Shown here one piece after another: positions 50,273 through 59,237 of a stretch of 64,000 bases of DNA. Numbering within the stretch: the stretch's first letter is position 1; the number at the start of each line of letters is the position of its first letter. The translations under genes were made by a program, and so were the position numbers. The notes beneath the pieces are model-generated. The model was not told where the DNA came from. It searched no databases and saw nothing but the letters and a program-made list of their open reading frames with translations. The stretch spans positions 434,001-498,000 of the IMG/VR virus record IMGVR_UViG_3300046616_000314. One strand, written 5' to 3'.

Positions 50273-53122
50273 ATGGCTAATATCAAGAACTTCGGTATGA
50301 TTGGTGTTGGCTCGGACGTTCAGTTTGGTAAGGGCGGCGTAAAGCTCGTCTCGACCAACGGAACATTCGCTGCCAAGGACGCACAAGGTAATGCCTTTGT
50401 TCGTTTCCAAATCGCCGATGGTAACAGCGCATCCGACGCCGTTACATATTCGCAGTTGCAAGCGACTGCGAACGCCGTTGCTGATAGCGTAGCAAACGCT
50501 GTCGATGGCGTTCAAAATGAACTGGACCTGACTCAAGCGGGTGCTGGTCTGGATACCGATGGTTCGTATATCGCCCCAGTCGGTTCGTTCTATCTGAACA
50601 ACACCACAAGCCTCGCCAACGCAATTTTCGCGTTGGACACTCAAGCATTCAACGAAGCCAACGCCCGCGCGACTGCGGACGCTGAATTCGCTAACGCCCT
50701 GGCTGATGCGACCGCGAACGCGCTGTCGTTGCAAGCTGAAATCGACCAAATCGAAACTTCGGTTGGTCTGGGTCTTGATGGCACTCTGACTCTGGCTGCT
50801 GGCAACTATCTCGCCAACGCAGTTGATATCGTCAACGCAATCGAAACTTTGGATGGCGTTCTGGGTAACACCGCCACTGAAGCCGCTGCTGCCAACGCAA
50901 CTGCTACCGCTGCTAACGCCGCTGTCTCCGCTGTCGTTTCTGATCTGGCTAACACCAATGCAGAAGTTGCATCGGTTAATGCTACTGTTGAAGCTCTTTC
51001 GACCACTGTTACTGCTATTGCTGACAGCCTTGACGCTCTGAGCGACAACGTTGCAACCAACACTGCTGACATCGCAACCAACGCTGCTTCGATTGCAAAC
51101 ACCAATGCCGACGTTGCTAATACCAACGCTGACGTTGCTGCCCTGACCGCAAACGCTGTCCTGAAGGACGGTTCGGTTGCTTTCACTGGCGCAATGAGCA
51201 TGGGCAACAACGTCATTCACGACGTTGCTACTCCGGTTCTGGGTACTGATGCCGCTAACCGCGACTTCGTTATGCAAACAGTTGGCGAACTGGGTAACGC
51301 ATTCAACTACGTTGGATCGCTACCTGAACTGTTCGGTACCTTCCCGGTTTCGGGCGATGGTTTGACCGCTAACACCGCGTTCGATCTGGGTGAATTCCCG
51401 CCGGAAGGTCAAAATGCCGGTGACTACTATAAGGTTACTGCTGAAGGTTTCTATAAGGTCGGCGCCAATACTGCTGTCCTGTTTGAACCGAACGATGGTC
51501 TCGTATTCAACGCCATCGGTGATATCGATAAGATCGACAACCAATCGTCGGTCGTTCTGGGTACTCCTGGCGAAATCGACGTTACTGGTAGCGCATCGAC
51601 CGGCTTCACCGTTGGTATCGATGATAGCTATACACTAGCTCGCCAACAAGAAGTTTCGGATTCGGCTAACGTTGCTGCTACTGCTACTGCTGCGGTTGCT
51701 TCTGATCTGGCTAACACCAATGCCGACGTTGCTGCTGTTGTTTCCGATCTGGCAAACACCAACGCTGACGTTGCTGCGGTTGCTGCTGATCTGGTAAGCA
51801 CTAATGCAAACGTTGTCACTCTGACAGGTGTTGTTTCCGGTAACTCGGCAAACATCGCTCTGCTGCAAGGCGACATCGCTAACGCTGCTGGTGATTTGGC
51901 TGCTGAAACTGCTGCCCGTATCCAAGGCGACAGCGACAACGCTAACGCGATTGCTTCGACCAACGCCAACGTCACTTCGCTGGCTGGTAACGTTGCTACG
52001 ATCAGCAACAACGTTGATGCATTGATTCTTGAACTCAATACCGTCGAAACCGGCGCCGGTCTGGAAACAGACGGTTCGTATTCGGCTAATGCACTGTCGC
52101 ACTATCTGGCTAACGCTACAAGCCTGAAGACTGCTGACGAAGCTCTGGATACTGCGATCTATGATCTGGCTCAATCGCTGACCACTCTTTCGCAAGACGA
52201 AATCAAGACTGAAGACAACCTCAACTCGGTTAAGGTCGAAGCTGACAAAATCGGTTTCAATCTGAACGTTGGTGGTGTTAAGACTGAAGTTGGTTCGATC
52301 CTCGCTGATGCAAACACCAACACAACCGCTACCCTCGATCTGACCACTGCTGGTGAAGTTCACCTTGCGGCTGGCGGTGCAAGCACAGACGTTGATCTGC
52401 GCCTGTCGGGTAAGGGTGCTGGTCAAGTCATCATCGGTGAAACCGGAACTGGTTTCATTCAAGCTGACGCTGGTTATGACCTGAACGTTGCTGGTGGTGA
52501 TGGTGCTGCGCTGAACCTGATGGGTACAGCGGTCAACATTTCCTCGGGTGAAGGCGATGCGATCATGTCGTTCGTTGGCGTTGCCAACGCAACTGCTTCG
52601 TTCGTTGCCACAAACGGTACAACTGACGTTACTTTCGCCGCTACTGGCGCGGGTGCAAACATCGATATCGTTCTGGACCCGAAGGGTACAGGTACTATCA
52701 ATGCTTCGTCGTCGCGCATCGTCTCGGTTGCTAACGCTGTTAGCGCAAACGACGCTGTTAACAAGGGTCAACTGGATACCGCGATTGCTACCGCAACCGT
52801 TGGTGTTGTTAAGACCGTTGTTCTGTCGATTGTTGAAGTCGATGGTACATACGACATCGGTCAAATTGCCGGTACTGTTCTGCAAACTCGTACTTTGGTC
52901 ACAGGTGGCTTCGGTCCCGGTGCTGCCATCGTCATCGGTTCGACAGCTACTCCGAACGAACTAGCGTCGGCTGCTGATATTGATGAATCTGCTGCTGGCA
53001 TCTACGTTGTAGAAACAGTTAAGGACTACGGTTCGCCGACAATGCTGACTGTTACCGTCACTGGCTCTGCCATTGCCGGAACCGGCGCCGCGAAGGTAAT
53101 CGTTGAATATCTGTCTGCGTAA
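50273..53122 (+). CDS. Long coiled-coil fibre protein (module A, ANTNADVA heptads)
   Basis: Ala/Asn-rich heptads; DAVTYSQL, DAANRDFV and DAVNKGQL neck motifs; strong RBS, TAAATA and terminator. Confidence 0.85.
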   Translation: MANIKNFGMIGVGSDVQFGKGGVKLVSTNGTFAAKDAQGNAFVRFQIADGNSASDAVTYSQLQATANAVADSVANAVDGVQNELDLTQAGAGLDTDGSYIAPVGSFYLNNTTSLANAIFALDTQAFNEANARATADAEFANALADATANALSLQAEIDQIETSVGLGLDGTLTLAAGNYLANAVDIVNAIETLDGVLGNTATEAAAANATATAANAAVSAVVSDLANTNAEVASVNATVEALSTTVTAIADSLDALSDNVATNTADIATNAASIANTNADVANTNADVAALTANAVLKDGSVAFTGAMSMGNNVIHDVATPVLGTDAANRDFVMQTVGELGNAFNYVGSLPELFGTFPVSGDGLTANTAFDLGEFPPEGQNAGDYYKVTAEGFYKVGANTAVLFEPNDGLVFNAIGDIDKIDNQSSVVLGTPGEIDVTGSASTGFTVGIDDSYTLARQQEVSDSANVAATATAAVASDLANTNADVAAVVSDLANTNADVAAVAADLVSTNANVVTLTGVVSGNSANIALLQGDIANAAGDLAAETAARIQGDSDNANAIASTNANVTSLAGNVATISNNVDALILELNTVETGAGLETDGSYSANALSHYLANATSLKTADEALDTAIYDLAQSLTTLSQDEIKTEDNLNSVKVEADKIGFNLNVGGVKTEVGSILADANTNTTATLDLTTAGEVHLAAGGASTDVDLRLSGKGAGQVIIGETGTGFIQADAGYDLNVAGGDGAALNLMGTAVNISSGEGDAIMSFVGVANATASFVATNGTTDVTFAATGAGANIDIVLDPKGTGTINASSSRIVSVANAVSANDAVNKGQLDTAIATATVGVVKTVVLSIVEVDGTYDIGQIAGTVLQTRTLVTGGFGPGAAIVIGSTATPNELASAADIDESAAGIYVVETVKDYGSPTMLTVTVTGSAIAGTGAAKVIVEYLSA

Positions 53123-53143
53123 TTCTAGATAACTCAGACAACA

Positions 53144-53176
53144 GGGAAGGCGGGGGAAACCCCGCCTTTTCTATTT
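53144..53176 (+). terminator. Intrinsic terminator
   Basis: AAGGCGGGG-GAAA-CCCCGCCTTTT. Confidence 0.85.
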
Positions 53177-53210
53177 CATAAATAAATGTATCCAATGGAA
53201 TAAATGTCTC

Positions 53211-53840
53211 ATGTCTACACCCTCAAACATTCAATTTTATGTAAAATTAATTGTCTCCAAGGAACTAGATAAAAGTTCTGCGAAAGAGTGGTTTGCGTGC
53301 GTTCGTGATTTGGGTCCTAATGGTGTTTTGTCCACCATTCAAACTCCTGATGACAAGGGAACGCTACGTAGTGTGTCCATGGTATGTCGTGCAGTTGGTG
53401 AAAAATTCGAATATATTGTTCCGTTGACACGCGATCTGATCGAACGAGAAGTTGAACCCATCATTCAATGTTTTGTCGCGGAACACCCCGAAGTCGATTT
53501 CGATGTTGAAACCTCGGTGGCAGTCATTCGCGGCTTCGAAGATTCCGCAAAAATTAAAGATTCAAAATACGTTGAGCTTTGCACCTTGTGGGCTAAGCAG
53601 CGTCACGACGAATGGTATAAAGATCGCACCGACAATGGTTGGTCGTATGGTACCTCGGTTAGCCTGAAAGATAAGAAGCATCCCTTGCTTCGTCCCTGGC
53701 ATGAACTTTCTGATCAGCATCGCAAGATCGATCTGGACCAACCGAAGCAGATGATGAAGATGCTAGCCGATAGCGGTTACGCCGTTCTCGACAAGGACGA
53801 ATTTGATAGCATGGTCCGACTTCTTAAGGGTGGATTGTAA
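53211..53840 (+). CDS. RyR-domain protein
   Basis: AKQRHDEW...GWSYG......KKHPLLRPWHELS...RKID is the ryanodine-receptor repeat signature. Confidence 0.85.
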   Translation: MSTPSNIQFYVKLIVSKELDKSSAKEWFACVRDLGPNGVLSTIQTPDDKGTLRSVSMVCRAVGEKFEYIVPLTRDLIEREVEPIIQCFVAEHPEVDFDVETSVAVIRGFEDSAKIKDSKYVELCTLWAKQRHDEWYKDRTDNGWSYGTSVSLKDKKHPLLRPWHELSDQHRKIDLDQPKQMMKMLADSGYAVLDKDEFDSMVRLLKGGL

Positions 53841-53883
53841 TAAAATATTGAAATGGGGTTAACGTAACCGGTATAATCTGGTT

Positions 53884-55242
53884 ATGAATTCTGTTTCAAT
53901 TATCAAAGACCTTTCCGCTACCACGTCGCGCATCGACAAAGAGCAAATCCTAATCAATGCCTTCATGACAGGGCAACGAGAATTTTTTAAGGGCGCCCAA
54001 CTCGCCTATGATCCGCTCATCACTTTCGGTGTTAAGAAAGTAGCGTTGATCGAAGAAGCCGATGACGAACCCGGTGATTATACGTTCGCAGACTTTCTTG
54101 CCCTCGCGAACGATCTACGCACTCGGAAGCTAACCGGACATGCCGCCCGTGATGCTATCAACGCCGCTGCAATGCGTTGCCATGTCGAAACATGGAATAT
54201 GTTCTATCGCCGTATTCTTCTAAAAGATTTCAAGGCTGGTGTTGAACAGTCCACCATCAATAAAATTTTAAAGAAGCTGGCATCGGAAGATGACGCTAAG
54301 GATTTCATCGTTCCTGAATTTTCGTGCCAACTAGCCGAAGATGGAATGAAGCCAGTTCACCACAAGAAGGTGAGCGGTCGCAAGATGCTAGACATCAAGT
54401 TGGATGGTATGCGTCTTCTTACGGTTTTGGACAAAGAACAAGGTACCGTAAACCAGTACACGCGCACGGGTAAGCTCAACGAAAACTTCAGTGAGATTCG
54501 TGAAGGTTTGTTGAAACTTCTACCTGAACTTAAGACATCGTTGGTGCTCGACGGCGAAGTGATTTCAACAAGCTTCCAAGATTTGATGACACAGGTCAAC
54601 CGCCGTGAAGGTGTTGACACGAAAGCTGCGCGCCTAGCACTTTTTGACATCATTCCTCTTGATGCATTTCGTGCCGGAAAATGGAATGTAGAACAAGTTC
54701 TTCGCCAAGAAATTCTTGCCGAAATGGAAACGAGTGGGCTTTTCAAGAAGTATTGTAACGGATTGGTCTACGTAATTCCCAAAGTAACGGTGGACCTAGA
54801 TACGGACGCTGGACAAGAAACCTTCAAGGAATTCAACAAACAAGCAATCGAGTCTGACTATGAAGGTATCATGGTCAAGGACCCGAAGGCTCCATATATT
54901 TGTAAGCGTAACGTCGGATGGCTTAAGATCAAGCCCTTCATCGAAGTTAGCCTTGAGGTAATTGGTATTGAAGAGGGTGAACCCGATGGAAAGTATAAGG
55001 GCAAGCTTGGTGCGCTGAAGTGTCAGGGCGAAGACGACGGGAAAGAGATTGAGGTTTTCGTTGGTAGTGGTATAAGTGATATTCAACGTGACCTATGGTG
55101 GAAAAATCCTGCCTTGGTTATGGGTATGATTGTTGAAGTCCGCGCCGATTGCTTTACCTTAGAGGCAGGCGGCACGGTATATTCCTTGCGGTTCCCTCGT
55201 TTGAAGGGCTTCCGTGGCACGGTTCCAGGCGAGAAATTATGA
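53884..55242 (+). CDS. ATP-dependent DNA ligase
   Basis: KLDGMR, VLDGE, LFDII, EGIMVK, WLKIK, SLRFPR. Confidence 0.96.
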   Translation: MNSVSIIKDLSATTSRIDKEQILINAFMTGQREFFKGAQLAYDPLITFGVKKVALIEEADDEPGDYTFADFLALANDLRTRKLTGHAARDAINAAAMRCHVETWNMFYRRILLKDFKAGVEQSTINKILKKLASEDDAKDFIVPEFSCQLAEDGMKPVHHKKVSGRKMLDIKLDGMRLLTVLDKEQGTVNQYTRTGKLNENFSEIREGLLKLLPELKTSLVLDGEVISTSFQDLMTQVNRREGVDTKAARLALFDIIPLDAFRAGKWNVEQVLRQEILAEMETSGLFKKYCNGLVYVIPKVTVDLDTDAGQETFKEFNKQAIESDYEGIMVKDPKAPYICKRNVGWLKIKPFIEVSLEVIGIEEGEPDGKYKGKLGALKCQGEDDGKEIEVFVGSGISDIQRDLWWKNPALVMGMIVEVRADCFTLEAGGTVYSLRFPRLKGFRGTVPGEKL

Positions 55243-55637
55243 AATTTGCGGTACGTGCTTCGGGTCTAGAACAAATCTCCTTTAAAGCCGGATGGTATGG
55301 TGATTTTCATGATGATCTAGGGCACGTCGAGTTTGATGAGCATTTTTCAATTTACGAAGGGAAACTAGTGTTCCCTGAACCATGGCTAGAGACCGCATAT
55401 ATTATTTCTGCGGAATGGTATTCAGGTATCGAAGCCGACGCTCTTTCTTTCATCAATCGGCTTCATGCACACCGGCACGAATTTTCAAAATGGACGAGTG
55501 CTCGGTTTTGGGATTTCTCCAAAAAGGCGGGTGCTACTGGTCACAATTTGAATCTTGGGATGTTTTTTACGAATGAGGATGACGCCGTTCTTGCTCTATT
55601 CATCCTCTCTACCTGTCTCCAATTTCCTCGTAAATAA
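55239..55637 (+). CDS. Small hypothetical protein (FxDxxDA family)
   Basis: ATGA overlap with the ligase; MFFTNEDDAVLAL. Confidence 0.65.
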   Translation: MKFAVRASGLEQISFKAGWYGDFHDDLGHVEFDEHFSIYEGKLVFPEPWLETAYIISAEWYSGIEADALSFINRLHAHRHEFSKWTSARFWDFSKKAGATGHNLNLGMFFTNEDDAVLALFILSTCLQFPRK

Positions 55638-55732
55638 AAATTCAGTAAGGGTATTGACTAGGCATAAAAATCGAGTATCCTATGCAAATCAGATACGGGA
55701 TTAGCCCGTTAATTTTGAATGGGAATTGATTT

Positions 55733-56323
55733 ATGACCGAAGCTACTTACTCCCCCCGCGAAGAATTTTTTGGTGTTCGCGAAGATGAGCGCGTTGGCGT
55801 TTTCATCGACGGTCCCAATTTCTTCTCGGCTGCGAAGGCTATCGGGCTCCGCGTGGACTACGCCAAGCTGATCGAATATCTGGACGAAATGTCGAACTTC
55901 GTCCGCGCCAACTACTACACCGCGCTCAGCACCGATCAAGAAACGCACGATCCGATTCGTCCGATGATCGACTTCCTCGAATACAACGGCTACAATCTCG
56001 TCACCAAGCCGGTGAAGACCTTCGAAGACTCGGAAGGTCGTCGTCGCTTCAAGGGCAACATGGACATCGAGATCGCCATCGACGTTCTGGAAGCCGCCGA
56101 ACACCTGAACCACGTCATCATGTTCACGGGCGACGGCGATTTCCGCGCCCTGGTGGATCGCGTGCAACGCAAGGGCGTCCGCGTCACCGTGGTTTCGACC
56201 ATGAACAAGGACGGTACCGGTGGTCCGATGATCGCTGACGAACTGCGTCGCAAGGCTGACAGCTTCGTTGAACTGGCGACCCTGAAGCCGCTGCTGACCA
56301 AGGCTGAACGCACCGACCGATAA
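55733..56323 (+). CDS. NYN-domain (LabA/DUF88) putative RNase, alphaproteobacterial type
   Basis: FIDGPN, KGNMDIEIAID, FTGDGDF, VTVVST, MIADELRRKAD. Confidence 0.92.
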   Translation: MTEATYSPREEFFGVREDERVGVFIDGPNFFSAAKAIGLRVDYAKLIEYLDEMSNFVRANYYTALSTDQETHDPIRPMIDFLEYNGYNLVTKPVKTFEDSEGRRRFKGNMDIEIAIDVLEAAEHLNHVIMFTGDGDFRALVDRVQRKGVRVTVVSTMNKDGTGGPMIADELRRKADSFVELATLKPLLTKAERTDR

Positions 56324-56346
56324 TCGGCGCCAAAACCTAGAATGAG

Positions 56347-56376
56347 AAAAGGGCGGGGAATTTCCCCGCCCTTTTT
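56347..56376. terminator. Bidirectional terminator
   Basis: AAAAGGGCGGGGA-ATT-TCCCCGCCCTTTT. Confidence 0.85.
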
Positions 56377-56377
56377 G

Positions 56378-56977
56378 CTATACCCATTTGATGACTGGAT
56401 CGCCGGTATACCCGTGTTCCCATACTAACCAACAGAATGCAATCATTCCAGAATTCTTCATTTTCTCACCATTGCGCGTCATCGTTAGACGTTTAGAGAA
56501 AACATAAACTCTCGCCAGGGGAGTTTCTTCAAACATGATTTTTCGTTTTGCGCCTTCAAGAAATTGAAGCTTGCATAGCATGACCACTTTGCCCGTGGTT
56601 CTCTGTAACGAAAGCCTCACGAATTGTTCTGCCATCGTGAAGGGTGGATTGGTCACAATATTTTCAGCCTTCAAATCCGAAGTCAGAAAATCATGATCAC
56701 CCTGACCCCAACCTCTATCGATGAGATCGGTTGCCAAAACTTCGTAGCCGTGGCTTTCAAGAACCTTGCAAATGGCTCCGTCACCACAAGCCGGTTCCCA
56801 AATCACGCCCTCGAATTTTTCATGTTTCAATAGAGCATCTACCGCATCGGAAGGTGTCGGATAGAAATCATTCTCCGGTCTCCCGGCTGATGTTCCAACT
56901 AAACTTTGCGCTCGTTTGAGATTGCGATTAACTTCCGTGGGCTCAGTCACGGGAAACGAAAAAATATCATCATCCAT
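56378..56977 (-). CDS. DNA amino-methyltransferase (N6-adenine/N4-cytosine), orphan
   Basis: DFYPTP, WEPACGDG (SAM binding), TNPPF (catalytic). Confidence 0.88.
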   Translation of the reverse strand: MDDDIFSFPVTEPTEVNRNLKRAQSLVGTSAGRPENDFYPTPSDAVDALLKHEKFEGVIWEPACGDGAICKVLESHGYEVLATDLIDRGWGQGDHDFLTSDLKAENIVTNPPFTMAEQFVRLSLQRTTGKVVMLCKLQFLEGAKRKIMFEETPLARVYVFSKRLTMTRNGEKMKNSGMIAFCWLVWEHGYTGDPVIKWV

Positions 56978-57039
56978 ACACTTATTTAGTGCGTAGTTAA
57001 TTACTTTGTGATATAAGCAAAATATTAATGGAGGTTGGT

Positions 57040-57360
57040 ATGCAACTCGATTTTACTGATCTTTCCGGTGACGATTGTCTTCAAAAACTCTACGATATTG
57101 AAGACATGCCCGGCTCTTTGGATTTTGGTTCCGATGGAAAATTGTACATCAAACTCGGAACCTACAGTGTCATTAATCGTAAGCAGATGAAAACTATCAT
57201 GGCGTTGTCATACGTCCGTGATGGTAAGTATTATGCATTTAGTGAAATAGAAATCGATAGCCGTGTTGAAGGCGACTACGGATACGATGGTGAATATACG
57301 TCTACGACGTATTCACACATGGTGATTACTTTCGATGAAGTTGATCCACTGACTATTTGA
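57040..57360 (+). CDS. Hypothetical protein
   Basis: GGAGG RBS before ATG 57040. Confidence 0.7.
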   Translation: MQLDFTDLSGDDCLQKLYDIEDMPGSLDFGSDGKLYIKLGTYSVINRKQMKTIMALSYVRDGKYYAFSEIEIDSRVEGDYGYDGEYTSTTYSHMVITFDEVDPLTI

Positions 57361-59155
57361 CTTTAAGTTGAAACTGGGGAAATTCGTCAAAGAAGCTGGA
57401 AACCCCGGATTCCTTATCCCATCCGTCCCAACCGTAATGCGGAACGGAGATTGAGAATTCTTGATCTTCGAACCAGCCTTCGCTTTCGATTTCTTCTAGT
57501 TTTTCTGGTTTGTCGATAATGTGTTCCATAGCATATGGCATGGGCAGAGCGAGATTTGCTGGCATATCCCAGTCAAACGCAGTTCCGTATGCCTCTTGAT
57601 CTTTGTCACCATAAATGACTACCAACGGTAAATTTCCCGGTGGGGAATCCAGTGTAGCTTTCAGAGCCTTGAACATTTGAGATTGTGCGCCATTTTCTTG
57701 GGCAGTCATCGAAGCTGAACGTAGAGCATCCATAATATCGCCGTCCTCGTATTTCACAAGGTTCCAAACATCGTCAAGATGATTAGGATCAAATTCTTCA
57801 TCCTCTTCTTCTTCCCAACTAGCGACCAAATCGGGTTGTTCCTTGGCATAATATGCTCCAATCATTTTGATTGAATCATTTGGAAGATCATCCCATAGCG
57901 AGTCGGGAATAGGTTCAAAGTTCATGTCCTGGGTATCATCAATATTGTCGGCGCAATATTCGGTCTCTCGATCACCGTATTCTTTTAACAAATCTACCCA
58001 TGATGCGAAGTGTTCAATAATCAAATAGTCTTTCGTTGCGTGTCTACAACGAATGTCTGCATTAGCAAGACTATTGATGACTTTCTTACCAAGTTCTTCG
58101 GACCAACCAAATTTCTTATATTGATACGAGGTAGTAGCCAGATTAGGTTTCTTTTCGAACAATTCATTCTGGGTTTCTTCGGGCAGATCGGAAACGGCAA
58201 AGTTATTCTCGGGCATGTAGCCCCCGCCCTTGATGCCCTTGACGTACTTGCTTTCGAGAAGCTTGATAATCATCGGATGATAACGAGCCGCAGGCTTATC
58301 GTTGCCGCGCCCTTTCATTTCACCAAGATATTGATTCTCGTCTAGGATGAACGTCAGGTACGGAACCCAACTTAATTTTTGATCTTCTTTAATTAGGCGG
58401 CGTAGACTGATGATACGATCACCCGAAGATGCACCCGCATTACCACAGTGACCCATGGCTTTTGCTTCTACATCGCAGTAGCCGCGTGGAAGCAAGACCC
58501 AGTAATATTGATCGCCGCAATTGATAATTTTTTCACCATCATTTTCATCATGATCGATGTATCGCGAGCCCTTTTCTTTCCACTCTTCTTCATCAGAAGC
58601 AAAAATCCGCATTAGATCATCGGGCGTCTCACGTCCCCATTGATAATTTTGAATTTTGGGAACAGGCAAAGACAAATAGTGGCGTAACATAGAGTCCAAG
58701 CGATACATTCTCCGTTGTATAGCTTGTAAACTTTCGCCTGTTAGATTTGTGCCATTTTTGTAATTGAAGTCTTTAAGCTCAGTCTTGATTAAATCCTCAC
58801 CCACCTGTCTCATGCCATCCTTGGCACTACGGCAATGATCGTAATATACATAAGCTAGAGTGATGCGTTTCCAACGAAGATACCAAGTGATCCGATCACT
58901 TTTCTTCAAATATTGCTTAGCCCACGCAATCGGTGAATCGGCTTGTGTAATATTTTTTGCACGATCCTGTTGGATGCCTCGTAAGACATCTTCCTTATCG
59001 GTGACGTTTGGATTGGCTTGAACCAATTTGGTCATGCGATTGAACAAGCTATCAAGCATTTCTGCATAATTAATAGCTTCGGTCAAAACAGCTTTGTTCT
59101 CTGTTAAAACGGCTTTGCCTTCAATGGCATTCATCAAATCGCGGAAGTTTTTCAT
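57353..59155 (-). CDS. Large hypothetical protein with PcfJ-like domain; possible internal head protein
   Basis: EAKAMGHCG...IISLR...EMKGRGN; N-terminal KAVLTE tandem; TAAATA 5 nt before the ATG. Confidence 0.7.
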   Translation of the reverse strand: MKNFRDLMNAIEGKAVLTENKAVLTEAINYAEMLDSLFNRMTKLVQANPNVTDKEDVLRGIQQDRAKNITQADSPIAWAKQYLKKSDRITWYLRWKRITLAYVYYDHCRSAKDGMRQVGEDLIKTELKDFNYKNGTNLTGESLQAIQRRMYRLDSMLRHYLSLPVPKIQNYQWGRETPDDLMRIFASDEEEWKEKGSRYIDHDENDGEKIINCGDQYYWVLLPRGYCDVEAKAMGHCGNAGASSGDRIISLRRLIKEDQKLSWVPYLTFILDENQYLGEMKGRGNDKPAARYHPMIIKLLESKYVKGIKGGGYMPENNFAVSDLPEETQNELFEKKPNLATTSYQYKKFGWSEELGKKVINSLANADIRCRHATKDYLIIEHFASWVDLLKEYGDRETEYCADNIDDTQDMNFEPIPDSLWDDLPNDSIKMIGAYYAKEQPDLVASWEEEEDEEFDPNHLDDVWNLVKYEDGDIMDALRSASMTAQENGAQSQMFKALKATLDSPPGNLPLVVIYGDKDQEAYGTAFDWDMPANLALPMPYAMEHIIDKPEKLEEIESEGWFEDQEFSISVPHYGWDGWDKESGVSSFFDEFPQFQLKVK

Positions 59156-59179
59156 AGCTATATTTAGCCGTATAAGGAT

Positions 59180-59207
59180 TTGACCATTTACGAAAATCTG
59201 GTATAAT
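59180..59207 (+). promoter_or_regulatory. Sigma70-like early promoter (representative)
   Basis: TTGACC-N16-TATAAT; similar TTGACA/T-N16-TAnnnT at 31772, 40533 and 55654 (+) and 14702 and 38889 (-). Confidence 0.7.
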
Positions 59208-59237
59208 GCCTAGTCATTAATCCTTTTGGAGATATAA

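Noticed and set aside
50900-51830. Short DNA repeats (GATCTGGCTAACACCAATGC and variants) as a possible CRISPR or DGR element
   Set aside because: They are in-frame coding repeats of the DLANTNADVA heptad; there are no spacers, cas genes or reverse transcriptase
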